From positions 39,742,001-39,806,000 of the forward strand of contig OZ024747.1 of NCBI GenBank assembly GCA_964016885.1: 64,000 nt of DNA, in the 5' to 3' direction. Source of the stretch: Eledone cirrhosa. Its lineage: Eukaryota. The notes under the pieces were generated by a model. The model made no database searches. It saw only the letters and a program-made list of their open reading frames with translations, and had not been told where the DNA came from. Both the position numbers and the translations under genes were made by a program. This document shows, piece by piece, positions 25,031 through 35,300 of this stretch; within the stretch, counting starts at the first letter, position 1; every line of letters starts with the position of its first letter.

Positions 25031-25375
25031 AAGGCGGGTAAAATTCCCGAGATCCATGGACGAGTTCTCTCCAGCGGTCTCTGTCCCTCATTATCGCTGC
25101 AATGTCCTGCGTCTCCAACAGACCAGTATCTGTCCTTAGGGCATCAACATACGTTAACCTTGGTCTTCCTCTTCTAGTGTGTCCATGTAGGGGCTCCCTA
25201 CCTTTTTATCATCATAGTGGACTATTGTATGCGCCTTGCACTGGAGAAACACCAGGACTCTGGCTTTACTGTAGCACCGGCTCAGAACAGGAGAGTTAGG
25301 GCGAAAAAGGTATCGGATGCTGAATTTGCCGACGACATAGTTTTGGTGACAAATACAGTGAAGGAGGCAGAGGAT
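25029..25375 (-). mobile_element. RTE-clade LINE copy 2 with 5' inversion
   Basis: 25029-25198 matches the 3' end of copy 1 (4219-4388) on the minus strand. 25199-25375 is an upstream RT segment (YLFIIIVDY..EFADDIVLVTNTVKEAED) on the plus strand. (TA)n on both flanks. Confidence 0.9.
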
Positions 25376-25390
25376 ATATATATATATATA

Positions 25391-25588
25391 TATAAATTAA
25401 TATGTATGTGATGAAACACAGATACCAACACATCTGTATATATATTGCAAAAGAAAAATTTAGCCAGATTGAAGTATACTAATTATTATACTACAGTTTG
25501 TCCATATCGATTTAAAATAATAAATCAACGAAGACGAACTGTATTGCCAAGAGGCTGTGATGTTTCATCACATACATATTAATTTATA
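25391..25588. repeat. Perfect 28-bp inverted repeat
   Basis: tataaattaatatgtatgtgatgaaaca (25391-25418) versus its reverse complement at 25561-25588. Confidence 0.9.
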
Positions 25589-25644
25589 CACTGCTCAGGG
25601 GGTATTTTCCTCCTTCGAGCTAATTCCATTGTAAAAGAATTCAT

Positions 25645-25708
<64 letters not shown>

Positions 25709-26177
25709 TCACACACACACATATATATATATACACACACAGAGTTTTGTGCAAAAGTTGAAACTCAGTTTGATTTTATATTTCGCCGTAGAATTTTCAC
25801 CATCTCCTTCCGTTCAGGAACGTACTGACACATGCCCGGACACAATTCCATTTTTATTTATATAGACTAGACAAGTCCAGTTCAATCTCCTTTGGGGAAT
25901 GTTTTCTGTAGTTGGCGATAGATAGATAAATAGGACATACATAGCGACAAAAAGAATAACATATAGACAAATCGATGTGTATGTGTGTGTGTGCGCGTGT
26001 GCGTACATGTGTGCGTGTGCGTGCATGTGTGTTTGTGTGTGTGTATGTGTGTGTGCAGGCGCGCGTGTGTGATAGAAGCTAATGTGTTATTTCGCTGTAA
26101 TTTCTAGCAATACAGGTTACTACAAAAGAGCTCTTTGCGCCATGTACAGCCGCACAGACAAATTGATAAAAGGCCCT

Positions 26178-28120
26178 CTAAAAGACGCACCCGGCGTTGC
26201 TCGGGAATGAAAGTGTTCCTTATATATTAGAAGAACGCAAAACAGGTTTTATAGAAATTAATTATTCTAAATTACATTTATTCTTCAATTAAGGTAAATG
26301 ATGAAATTAGTTCTGAATTTGTAATACGGAAATTAATAAAAAATGAAAATACAAAATGTATCTCTGTTATGAGGGGAGATAAATTCTATCACATGTGTTG
26401 AAGGAAATTACTTAAACGCTTCTAGATAAACAACATCTTTGTTTTTTGGTTCGGAACATAGACAAATAAGTCTTGTAAACTACTCACCATGGAGCAACAA
26501 TCATAAAGTTGACCATGAGGAAAGAAAGGATAATTTAAGTGCAAGCCAGTAGATTTCAAAGTCTGACCTCCGGTTTTATTGATAGACATTGCGAAGCAAA
26601 GTCGGATTGGGAATTGTATTTCAAATGGTATGTCTGTTGGGTTGATTGGAATTCTTGTAATGGAAATATCTTCTCCAGAGGTACACCCAGTTATGATCGT
26701 AGCTTCTATCACATTAGGTGATAATGTCTTTACAATCAATCTTGGCCCATTGCATAATTTAGGAGGATCTAAATTTCTTAGAAGCATCATTGGGACTCCA
26801 AACTTCTGATTTGTACTCCTTGATGTATGTTGGAATCTTATTCATTAATTCCTGTTCAAGCCGTGCTACTGCCTCATTTTTTTTAGCAAGAATTGCCCTT
26901 TCATACAACCATTTAAGTGAATTATAATGACTACTTAAGTCTGGAAATAACCTGTTTTTCAATTCAGCTGGGGAATCCACCATGATAGCAATATGATCCA
27001 AGTTTATATGACCATTCCCATCAATTGGTACTGCTCCATTTCCTAATTGGAGGAGTAGGGTTGAAAACTGTTCTGTACATTGGTTCCAGTGTAATAAAAC
27101 TCGCATGTTAGTATTGAGGGAGAATGTCTGTACTTTATTCCATAGGTGCGAAGACTTAATGCATGCTTTTATTTCATCAGCTCTTCTTCCTCTCGGACTG
27201 ACTGATAATTTCTGTCTAAAGTCTCCTTATAAAACTAATGTAACTCCTCCCATAGATGTATTGATGTCTCTTATGTCCAGTACGGTCTTATCAAGAGCTT
27301 CCATTTCATCTCTATGCTACATGGTGCATTCATATCAATTGATCAGATGGCATAGGCGCAACACTTCTGTTAAACCTGAGTCTTTGCTTATGTTACAAAT
27401 TTGACTGTCATTTGTGACCAGGTTTAGCGGTAATTTAAAAGTAGAATGAGCCCCTTTGTCATCCCGGGAGAAGGGTGGCAGCAATGTCAGGCGATGCTAC
27501 AGCAAGTGCAATTCTATTTTGCCGCCTTACCTTGGAGGTAAGCAATGTTGTTATAAACACTTTACCTCTGCCAGTGTCAAGAAAGAATATTCCACTTGAC
27601 TGACGAAATGATTTCAGATATGACCAGTGTTGTCCTGGAAGACGTTTAGCCTCAACTTCATTCACAAATGCAGCCAACTTTGTCTCTCTTGCAAACCCTC
27701 TTGAAATTAAATTACTTTGATTTTAGCAGTACGGAACCTGACTCTTGCAAATCCTTGCCTCCCATGACCAAAATTGATCCGCAATTTCAATCAATGCTTG
27801 ATTGAAAATCTCTTCACAGAACTGAATATTGATGCCTGGATTTGAATGTTGAACTGTATATTTTAAGTCGCCAGCCATACCCTCTTGATGTTTCATTCAA
27901 AGTTGTCGGGGACTGGCAAGTTGACACATGTTCAGCATAATGGTAAGAAAGGATTAATTGAACCACAGGGCCCCTCTGTGACTTGACAATTTCATGCAGC
28001 ATAGGATATTATGCAGCCAAATCAAAATGTGGTCATGTGGAAATCCTCGTTTTTGTCATTCAATTGTGTACGTGTCACATTAGACTGGTCCAAAGACTTT
28101 ACCTGTTTTAGGAGATCCAT
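26178..28120 (-). mobile_element. Helitron remnant (Rep HUH motif, PIF1-like helicase, 3' terminal hairpin)
   Basis: YTIE*QKRGFPHDHILIW (~28010-28070), ALAVASPDIAATLLPG, MLLRNLDPPKLCNG, QFPIRLCFAMSINK, HGQLY. The 3' hairpin cccgagcaacgccggg is followed by TTAG (CTAG-like). Internally deleted and frameshifted. Confidence 0.92.
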
Positions 28121-28698
28121 CAGCGTCGAAGGCTGTTTTCCAATTAGTTGTTAATACATTGAATAAATACATTGCTTGCATACAGGAGAAATTATTCCCG
28201 AACTATTGATTTGTTATATTATTATATGAGTTCAATTTCCTGTGGGTTCATGAATTATAAGCTCTGTTAGCTATAGTTCTTTTGTTATTTAATACAAGGA
28301 GAACAGTGGATTGACAGCGTCGGTAAAGCGTCCGTCGGACAACAAGCTCTGCAGCATATAGTTACGTCCCTTTGCATTCTGAGATCAAACCCTGTCGAAG
28401 TTCGCTTTGCCTTTCATCCTTAAGGACTGGGTTCGATTCAATCGAATTTTCCCTCTCCTAAATTGATGGCCTTCTACCTAAAACAGAAACTATTATTTTT
28501 AATAAAGTGTAACGTAAATTGTGTGACATTTAACAACTTTTGGAACCGTTGAAATTACTATGTAGAAACTCCCACTTTGATTGAAGGTGTGTAAGTATAT
28601 GTAAGTGGTAGTAAGTTGTTTCTTAATAACATTCGAAATCATTATTCTAAATATATTGATCCTTAGTTACCACTTGTAACGATATATAAACATTCATT

Positions 28699-28815
28699 AG
28701 TTCAAATCCCGCCAAGGTTAACTTTGCCTTTCATCCTTACGGGGTCGATAAAATAAAGTACCAGTAATGTACTGATATAATTGCTGGCCTTGTGCCAAAA
28801 GTAGAAACAATTATT
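28699..28815 (+). mobile_element. 5'-truncated SINE family A
   Basis: B-box remnant, core and tail. Confidence 0.88.
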
Positions 28816-29346
28816 TCTTTCTTCTTTTTTTGCGAAATGTCAGTCCTTTTTATAAGTATAATAACTAAGTTGATACCAACCTATCACTTGCTGTTAGTAA
28901 GCGTATATGGACGTAGCATATGAAATGGGGGTTATCGCAAGTAAATAATATAAAATACGAATAGATTATCATTAGCTTCGCTGTTGTGTCTAGCTTTCGG
29001 CATTTACTACAACTCTGTATAAATATCGACAGAGTGATCTCCCTTGTAACGCTAAATATTTCAATATTACTTCTATGTTAGTTAAAACTATGAGGGATGG
29101 CTTAAAATATTTAATAAGCTGAAACTTTCATAGGCTGAAAGGTGCATAGGCTGACAATGATACTCGGAATTACCAAATGAGGTTTATTAGTCAAAAGGGT
29201 ACCTAGAAGGAAACAATACAGTTACTAATAAGAAGAGTTGAATTTAAGGCATGCAAGATGTCACAGCTCTAGTATCACACTCGTATGTATTTACTGTGTT
29301 TGTAAAGAATTCCACAACATTGAAGTATTGAGACAGTTTCTCATTA

Positions 29347-29936
29347 TTGGCAGTATCGGTAGAGGGTCGGACGCCATGCTTTCCAGCATAGTTAAGTCCC
29401 TTTACGATCTGAGTTCAAATCCCGCCGAGGTTGACTTTGCCTTTCATCCTTACGGGGTCGATAAAATAAAGTACCGTAATGCACTGGGTAATTGCTGGCC
29501 TTGTGCCTAACGTAGAAACAATTATTTTGTGGTCTCATTATTATAGGGCGGTGAATTGGGAGCATCGGTAGAGCGTCAGACACCATGCTTTGCCGCATAG
29601 AGTTACGGCCCTTGCCATTCTGAGTTAAAATCCCGCCGAGGTTAACTTTGCCTTTCATCCTTACGGGGTCGATAAAATAAAGTACCAGTAATGCACTGAG
29701 TAATTGCTGGCCTTGTACCAATAGTAGAAACAATTATTAGAGGGCGGTGGATTGGCAGTATCGGTAGAGGGTCAGACGCTATGCTTTGCAGCATAGTATT
29801 ACGGCCCTTTACGGTCTGAGTTCAAATCCTGTCGAGGTTAACTATTCCTTTCATCCTTACGGGATCGATAAACTAAAGCACCAGTAATTTACTGGGGTGA
29901 TTACAGGCCTTGTTCCAAAAGAAGAAACAATTATTT
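29347..29936 (+). mobile_element. Three head-to-tail SINE family A copies
   Basis: Copies at ~29347-29526, 29546-29738 and 29741-29936, each ending agaaacaattatt. Confidence 0.92.
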
Positions 29937-30099
29937 TGCAGTCAATAAAAGTTTTAGTAGATTAATTGGTTACTATAACAAGCTTCAAGCTAAGAGTAGT
30001 GTTCTGATTAATATATCTAGGGTCGATGAATTCTTACTCATGTTAATACAACTCAAAAGGTTTTGTAAAACCGCTAGGCCATCAATCTCTTTCGAGATG

Positions 30100-30104
30100 T
30101 CCCT

Positions 30105-30172
<68 letters not shown>

Positions 30173-30236
30173 TCTCTCTATCTATCTATCTAATAAAGAA
30201 AGATATCTATCTGTCTATCTATCTTTCACTCACACG
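30100..30236. repeat. (TC)n/(TCTA)n microsatellite containing the left TSD and an AATAAAGAAAG stub
   Basis: Seen directly. TSD atctatctttcactcacacg at 30217-30236. Confidence 0.9.
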
Positions 30237-30468
30237 ACAATCTAGCTGTCGTCTGTTCTACAGTGTGGATGTCATTCACTTCGCACAGAAGTTTTGTTCA
30301 AATTTATTGAGGAAATTTTGTGAGTTCAAACTTAATTTTGATACAATTGTGTAGCTTGACCCTCCGTCTGAACTGTCAGGCGGTGGGTCAGCTCATCTTT
30401 ACCCCTCCTAGAGGTGAAAAACCTGTTTTAAAAAATTTTGTGTAAAAAATTTCAATCGTCTAACAGAA

Positions 30469-32346
30469 ATGTTGAACGCAGCGAACGAAAATAGTGGTGG
30501 GGGGACAGCGGTAAGAGTTGTAAGCTCGCACGCTTTAGTCCTCCCTTCCTTCCCAACTAACGTCATAGAGAAGGAAGGAAAAATGAAAATAAAAACGGAC
30601 GAATCTGCGGAGGAAAAATTAAATGACGAAAACAACGAAAAAAAAAAATTTGAAAAATTGCATGACAATACTAATAACACAAACAAAGACACAACAAACA
30701 AAAAAATAACAGTTGAAAATAACATCATATCAGAAAACAAAGCAGACGACAAGATTTCTTTTGCACAGAAAACAAAGAAATCTTTGACTTATATAGCGGA
30801 AAACATTTCAGATGTGGTACGAAGGATCACGGACGCAAAACAATACATAAGTGAAGGTGAGAATGGTATTTTATTGGTAAAAATGCCTCAAGAATTCACG
30901 AAAGACATTGAAAGCCGAACGGTCAAGTTTCGGACCATCAACAACAGTACAAAAAAACCTGAACAGCCTTCTCAAGCAGATATCAAAACAGTACTCGCAG
31001 AAGTACTGAATGAAACAACTTTCATAAGAAAAGACAGACTGTATGGAAGCCTAGCAATTATCATGAAGAACGAATCGGCGGCAAAAAAATGTGCTTTGTC
31101 ACCGATTCGTTCGAAAAATTTCACCTTTTATCCATCTTATATGGGAAAAAAAACTCAACGCATATGGCTGGATGCAATGATGCCAGATGTGGACTACTGC
31201 TGGCTCATAGCTGGCTTCATCGATCCAGTGAATGACAACGTGATTTCCATTGGGAAAACCACAGGCAATGCGTTCAGTGGAACAGGTATAGAGCTGGTAG
31301 TACAAATGAAGCCTGAACGCATCGCCCAAATACCCGACAGAATCCTATTAGAGGACCACGGGTATATAAACATTAGCGTGGAGGGGAGAAGGCCGTCCTG
31401 CCATATCTGTGCAGGCAGAGGGCACCTGAAGGCCGCTTGTCCCCAACTCAACAAAAAGAAAACCCTGCTACCAACACCAGCTCCACCACCACCACCACAA
31501 CAGATAAACAAACAACAAAACTCAGTCCCACCCAACCCGTCCCTCAGTAACACCACAACACCACCACAACACAAACAGTCACAACACATTACCCCAAAAC
31601 AAAATACAGGCCCACCCAACCTCTCACTCAATAAAACAACACAACCACCGCAGACACAACACACAACACAGTCTAACATAGTGACATCCATCTCCCCCAC
31701 AAAGAAAACCAACACGGAAACATTACCAGCAAACATACCTCTTCCCTCCAACACTGAAGATAACCCAACGAATTCGGAGGAAGAAACGGAGTCCTTCAGA
31801 CAGATTAAAAGGAAAAAAAGAAAACATGTGCAAAACACACAAGGACAAACAACCCCCACCCAAATCGCAACACAATCTAACAAAACAGAAAACACCCCTC
31901 CAGCAACAAACAAAACCAAACCTGCCCCTCCCCTCTTCGAAACACTCACACCATCGGAAAAAAAGACATTACACTATACTTACATCAACAGAAACAATAA
32001 TAAATTAAATGAACTCATATACAATAATCCTTCGGTACAAACCGAAGGTGTAAACTTTGTTTCATCAGAAAACCACCCACATTTAAAACTAATAAAAATC
32101 CCAATGAACCTCTACCAAAAACTAAAAAAGGATTTTAAGGAGGACGTAGGACCACCCTCTGTCAAACCCATAAACCGCGTCCTACTAAAAAGCTTTCCCC
32201 CTCCCCTTCCCCTCCCCAACACAACTCCAAACACCCCAACCCCACCACACACCGACGACCCCACACCACCACAAGACACCCCTTCACCCAACACCCCCGA
32301 CCCCATGGAAGTCGTGCAACCCGAACCCCGGGAAGCGGAAAGGTAG
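30469..32346 (+). CDS. Tx1 ORF1p, gag-like nucleic-acid-binding protein with CCHC zinc knuckle
   Basis: 625 aa. CHICAGRGHLKAAC (CX2CX4HX4C), a P/T/Q-rich linker and a basic KRKKRK motif. Confidence 0.9.
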   Translation: MLNAANENSGGGTAVRVVSSHALVLPSFPTNVIEKEGKMKIKTDESAEEKLNDENNEKKKFEKLHDNTNNTNKDTTNKKITVENNIISENKADDKISFAQKTKKSLTYIAENISDVVRRITDAKQYISEGENGILLVKMPQEFTKDIESRTVKFRTINNSTKKPEQPSQADIKTVLAEVLNETTFIRKDRLYGSLAIIMKNESAAKKCALSPIRSKNFTFYPSYMGKKTQRIWLDAMMPDVDYCWLIAGFIDPVNDNVISIGKTTGNAFSGTGIELVVQMKPERIAQIPDRILLEDHGYINISVEGRRPSCHICAGRGHLKAACPQLNKKKTLLPTPAPPPPPQQINKQQNSVPPNPSLSNTTTPPQHKQSQHITPKQNTGPPNLSLNKTTQPPQTQHTTQSNIVTSISPTKKTNTETLPANIPLPSNTEDNPTNSEEETESFRQIKRKKRKHVQNTQGQTTPTQIATQSNKTENTPPATNKTKPAPPLFETLTPSEKKTLHYTYINRNNNKLNELIYNNPSVQTEGVNFVSSENHPHLKLIKIPMNLYQKLKKDFKEDVGPPSVKPINRVLLKSFPPPLPLPNTTPNTPTPPHTDDPTPPQDTPSPNTPDPMEVVQPEPREAER

Positions 32347-32379
32347 GTCTCTACACTCTCCTTTGGCTCTGCCGCCCAC

Positions 32380-35300
32380 ATGGATGTGTTAAGAGTAGGA
32401 TGTTTGAATGCACGTGGCCTGGGCTCAACTTGGAAGCAAGCAAAGCTTCTAAATGACCTCAAGTCATGTAGTATAAATGTAATGGTTATCTGTGAGACTC
32501 GAATCAGCGTCATGCGGCAGCTGGCCCCCACCTTCGATGACTTTGAGGTGCATGCATCTCTCTGTCAACCTGGAGGTGGGGGTGGGGTTGTCGTGCTGCT
32601 GCAAAAACACCTGGGTCTTGCCGTACAGGTTGTGCACTCGGACCCGGAGGGTCGTTTGTTGGTGCTAGACGTTGGCAGTAGTGAAAGTGCGGCCTTGAGA
32701 CTGGTCGCCGTCTACTCCCCTTTCGGAGCTGAACGGCCCGACTTCTTCCAGCGTTTGGAGACTTTTCTGGGAACGTCGCGTTCCCTGCTTCTAGCGGGGG
32801 ATTGGAATGACATCCTGGATGCACGTTGGGACTATGCAGGAGCATGTCCTAATAGAGGGGGGTGTAACAGCCTCAAGGGGTTACTCGACCGTTTTAACTT
32901 GGTCGATAGATATCGACTAGATTTTCCAACTGTGCCTACCTGGACTTGGAGAAACCACAGTGGTCAATCTAGATCGTACTTAGATAGATTCTTAGTTAGA
33001 AGTAAGGATAGGGACATATTAAGCTGTCCAGAAATGCGCACGGTTGGCTACACGGATCACAAATTAGTGACCTGCGTGGTCAATCTCGAGAAAACACATA
33101 GACAGGGTCCCGGTTACTGGAAACTTAATTTGTCGTTACCGGCAAAAGAGACTTACAGAAACCGGATTAGCAGATTAGTTAAGGAGAGGTTGACGGGTGC
33201 AATCGTCAACAACCGATGGTGGGCATCTCTCAAAAGAGAAATTAGAACAGAATCAATAAGTTATAGCAAGATGTTAGCTGCCAATAGGAATAGAAACGAG
33301 AAAGAATTAACAGGTAAATTAGAAGAGGCAATCAAGAGCGAAGATGTGGCCAGAGTGATGGCATCGAGGACGGCCTTGAACCAGTTTTTCGATGCAAAGC
33401 ATGAAGGCTGCGTCATTCGAAGTAAAATACGTGCTCTAGGTAATGAGGGGGCCAAAGCCGTTGGATGGGCCCGCGTGACAGAAGCTAAAAGTGGAAATCG
33501 ATCCACCATCCGGTCGTTGCAAGACGAAGATGGACGAGTGATCCGGGAGCCTAAGCAGATGTGCGAGGCCTTTCAAAAGCACTTTGCCCGATTGTTCGGG
33601 GGAGGCGAGGGTCCGGGCCGGGGCGTGGATTTCGGTCCATACCTCGACGGCCTGCCGCGTCTCTCGAACAAAGAGGCAGAGTCCTGCGAGGGACCAATCT
33701 CGGCTGATGAGATCGGAGATGCGCTGAGCCAATGCAGCAGACGCAAATCTCCAGGTCTCGATGGTATACCTTACGAACTTTATTTAGCAATGCCGGTCTT
33801 CTTCTCCGAACTCCTCGAAGCGGTCTACTGCAATTGGCAGCAGAACGGGAGAATTCCTTGTTCTGTAGCCAAGGGCGTAGTCACGCTGGTGAGGAAGGAC
33901 GAGAACAAGGGGGATAGTATAAATAATTTTCGGCCCATAACCCTGCTAAACACAGAGTTAAAGATTTTGGCCAAGGTGTTAGCAAAGAGGTTGGCGCTTG
34001 TCGTGGGTGGCCTGGTGGGAGATGCGCAGACATGTGCAATCCCATCCAGGTCCATTCACGATAACCTCCACCTCATGCGATACATCATAGAGAGGGTTGG
34101 CAACAAACCCGGCTTCGGTGGGGCCCTGATCAACTTGGATCAGTCTAAGGCCTTCGATAGGGTCGACCATGGTTACCTGGATGCGGTGCTAGCGGCGGCT
34201 GGGTTCGGTCCTGTTTTCAGAGGCTGGATCACTGCCCTACATAGCAACCACATCTGTTCTAGGATCAAGGTGAACGGCTACCTTTCGAAGCCGTTCGAAA
34301 TCACACGATCCATTCGACAGGGGTGCCCTCTCTCCTCCCTTCTGTACGTATTGACTCTCGAGCCTTTACTGAGGAAGTTGGAGTTGTTGCAGGGTATCCC
34401 CCTGGAACCAGGATTGAGCAAAGCGGTGTCGGCCTACGCCGATGACGTAACAGTAATGGTATCAACCGACTCGGAGATCGAGGCGATCGGTACCTTACTG
34501 GAGGAGTACGAAAGGTTGTCAGGAGCGAAACTGAACCGGGAAAAATCCATCGGGCTGCAACTCGGAACGTGGAGAGGCAAACCGATGCCTCCTGACGGTG
34601 TCGTCGGACACTGGACGGAGGGCCCGGTAAAGTTGCTTGGGGTCTGGTTTGGACCGGACCTCCAGGTGGAAAAGAACTGGAACGAGGTTACGAACAAGGT
34701 GTTTGCACTAACCCAGAAATGGGCCAAGTGTAAGCTGTCCCTAAAAGGCCGGGCGGAGGTGGCGAACATTTACATAGCGTCCGTCACTTACTACCGCCTG
34801 ACTGTCGTGCCTTGCCCTAAGGAAACACTCACCACCATGGAACGCATGCTCTTCCAATTTCTTTGGAAGAAGCGTCCTCCTATGGTGAGAAGATCCATCT
34901 GCTGCCAACAACCTTCGAAAGGAGGGCTGGGGATGCCGTGGTTGATGATGCGTAGGCACGCATTAAGGCTACGGCACCTACAGGTATTCCTCACTGGTCA
35001 ACCGGTGTGGGCTCCGTTCGTGAAACGAGCCTTTCCGAGACTCGTCTCACTCACCGAGCTACAGTCCTGGGTCAAGCAAAGATCCGGAAAACTGGGAGAC
35101 TGGCACACTGAGTGTGCTCAGGCGCTCAGGGCTCTCTGGCAAGCGGGCCGGGCCATCGGTGGAGAATCCACCTCATCATTCTATAGAGGGCTGGTGGCTA
35201 GCAGGGGCGATGACACCCTTGGAGAGTCGCTGGACATGGAGGAAGACGAACTGGCCAGCCTGTTCGGTAGGACTTTCGGCCCAGGACCAATGGACAACTT

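Noticed and set aside
29347-29936. tRNA genes suggested by A and B boxes
   Set aside because: The boxes belong to SINE heads, which continue into the core and tail; no complete cloverleaf was seen.
31194-31949. 251-aa antisense ORF, and similar antisense ORFs at 10731-11261 and within ORF2
   Set aside because: Expected by-product of the A/C-rich sense strand (few antisense stops); no recognisable motifs.
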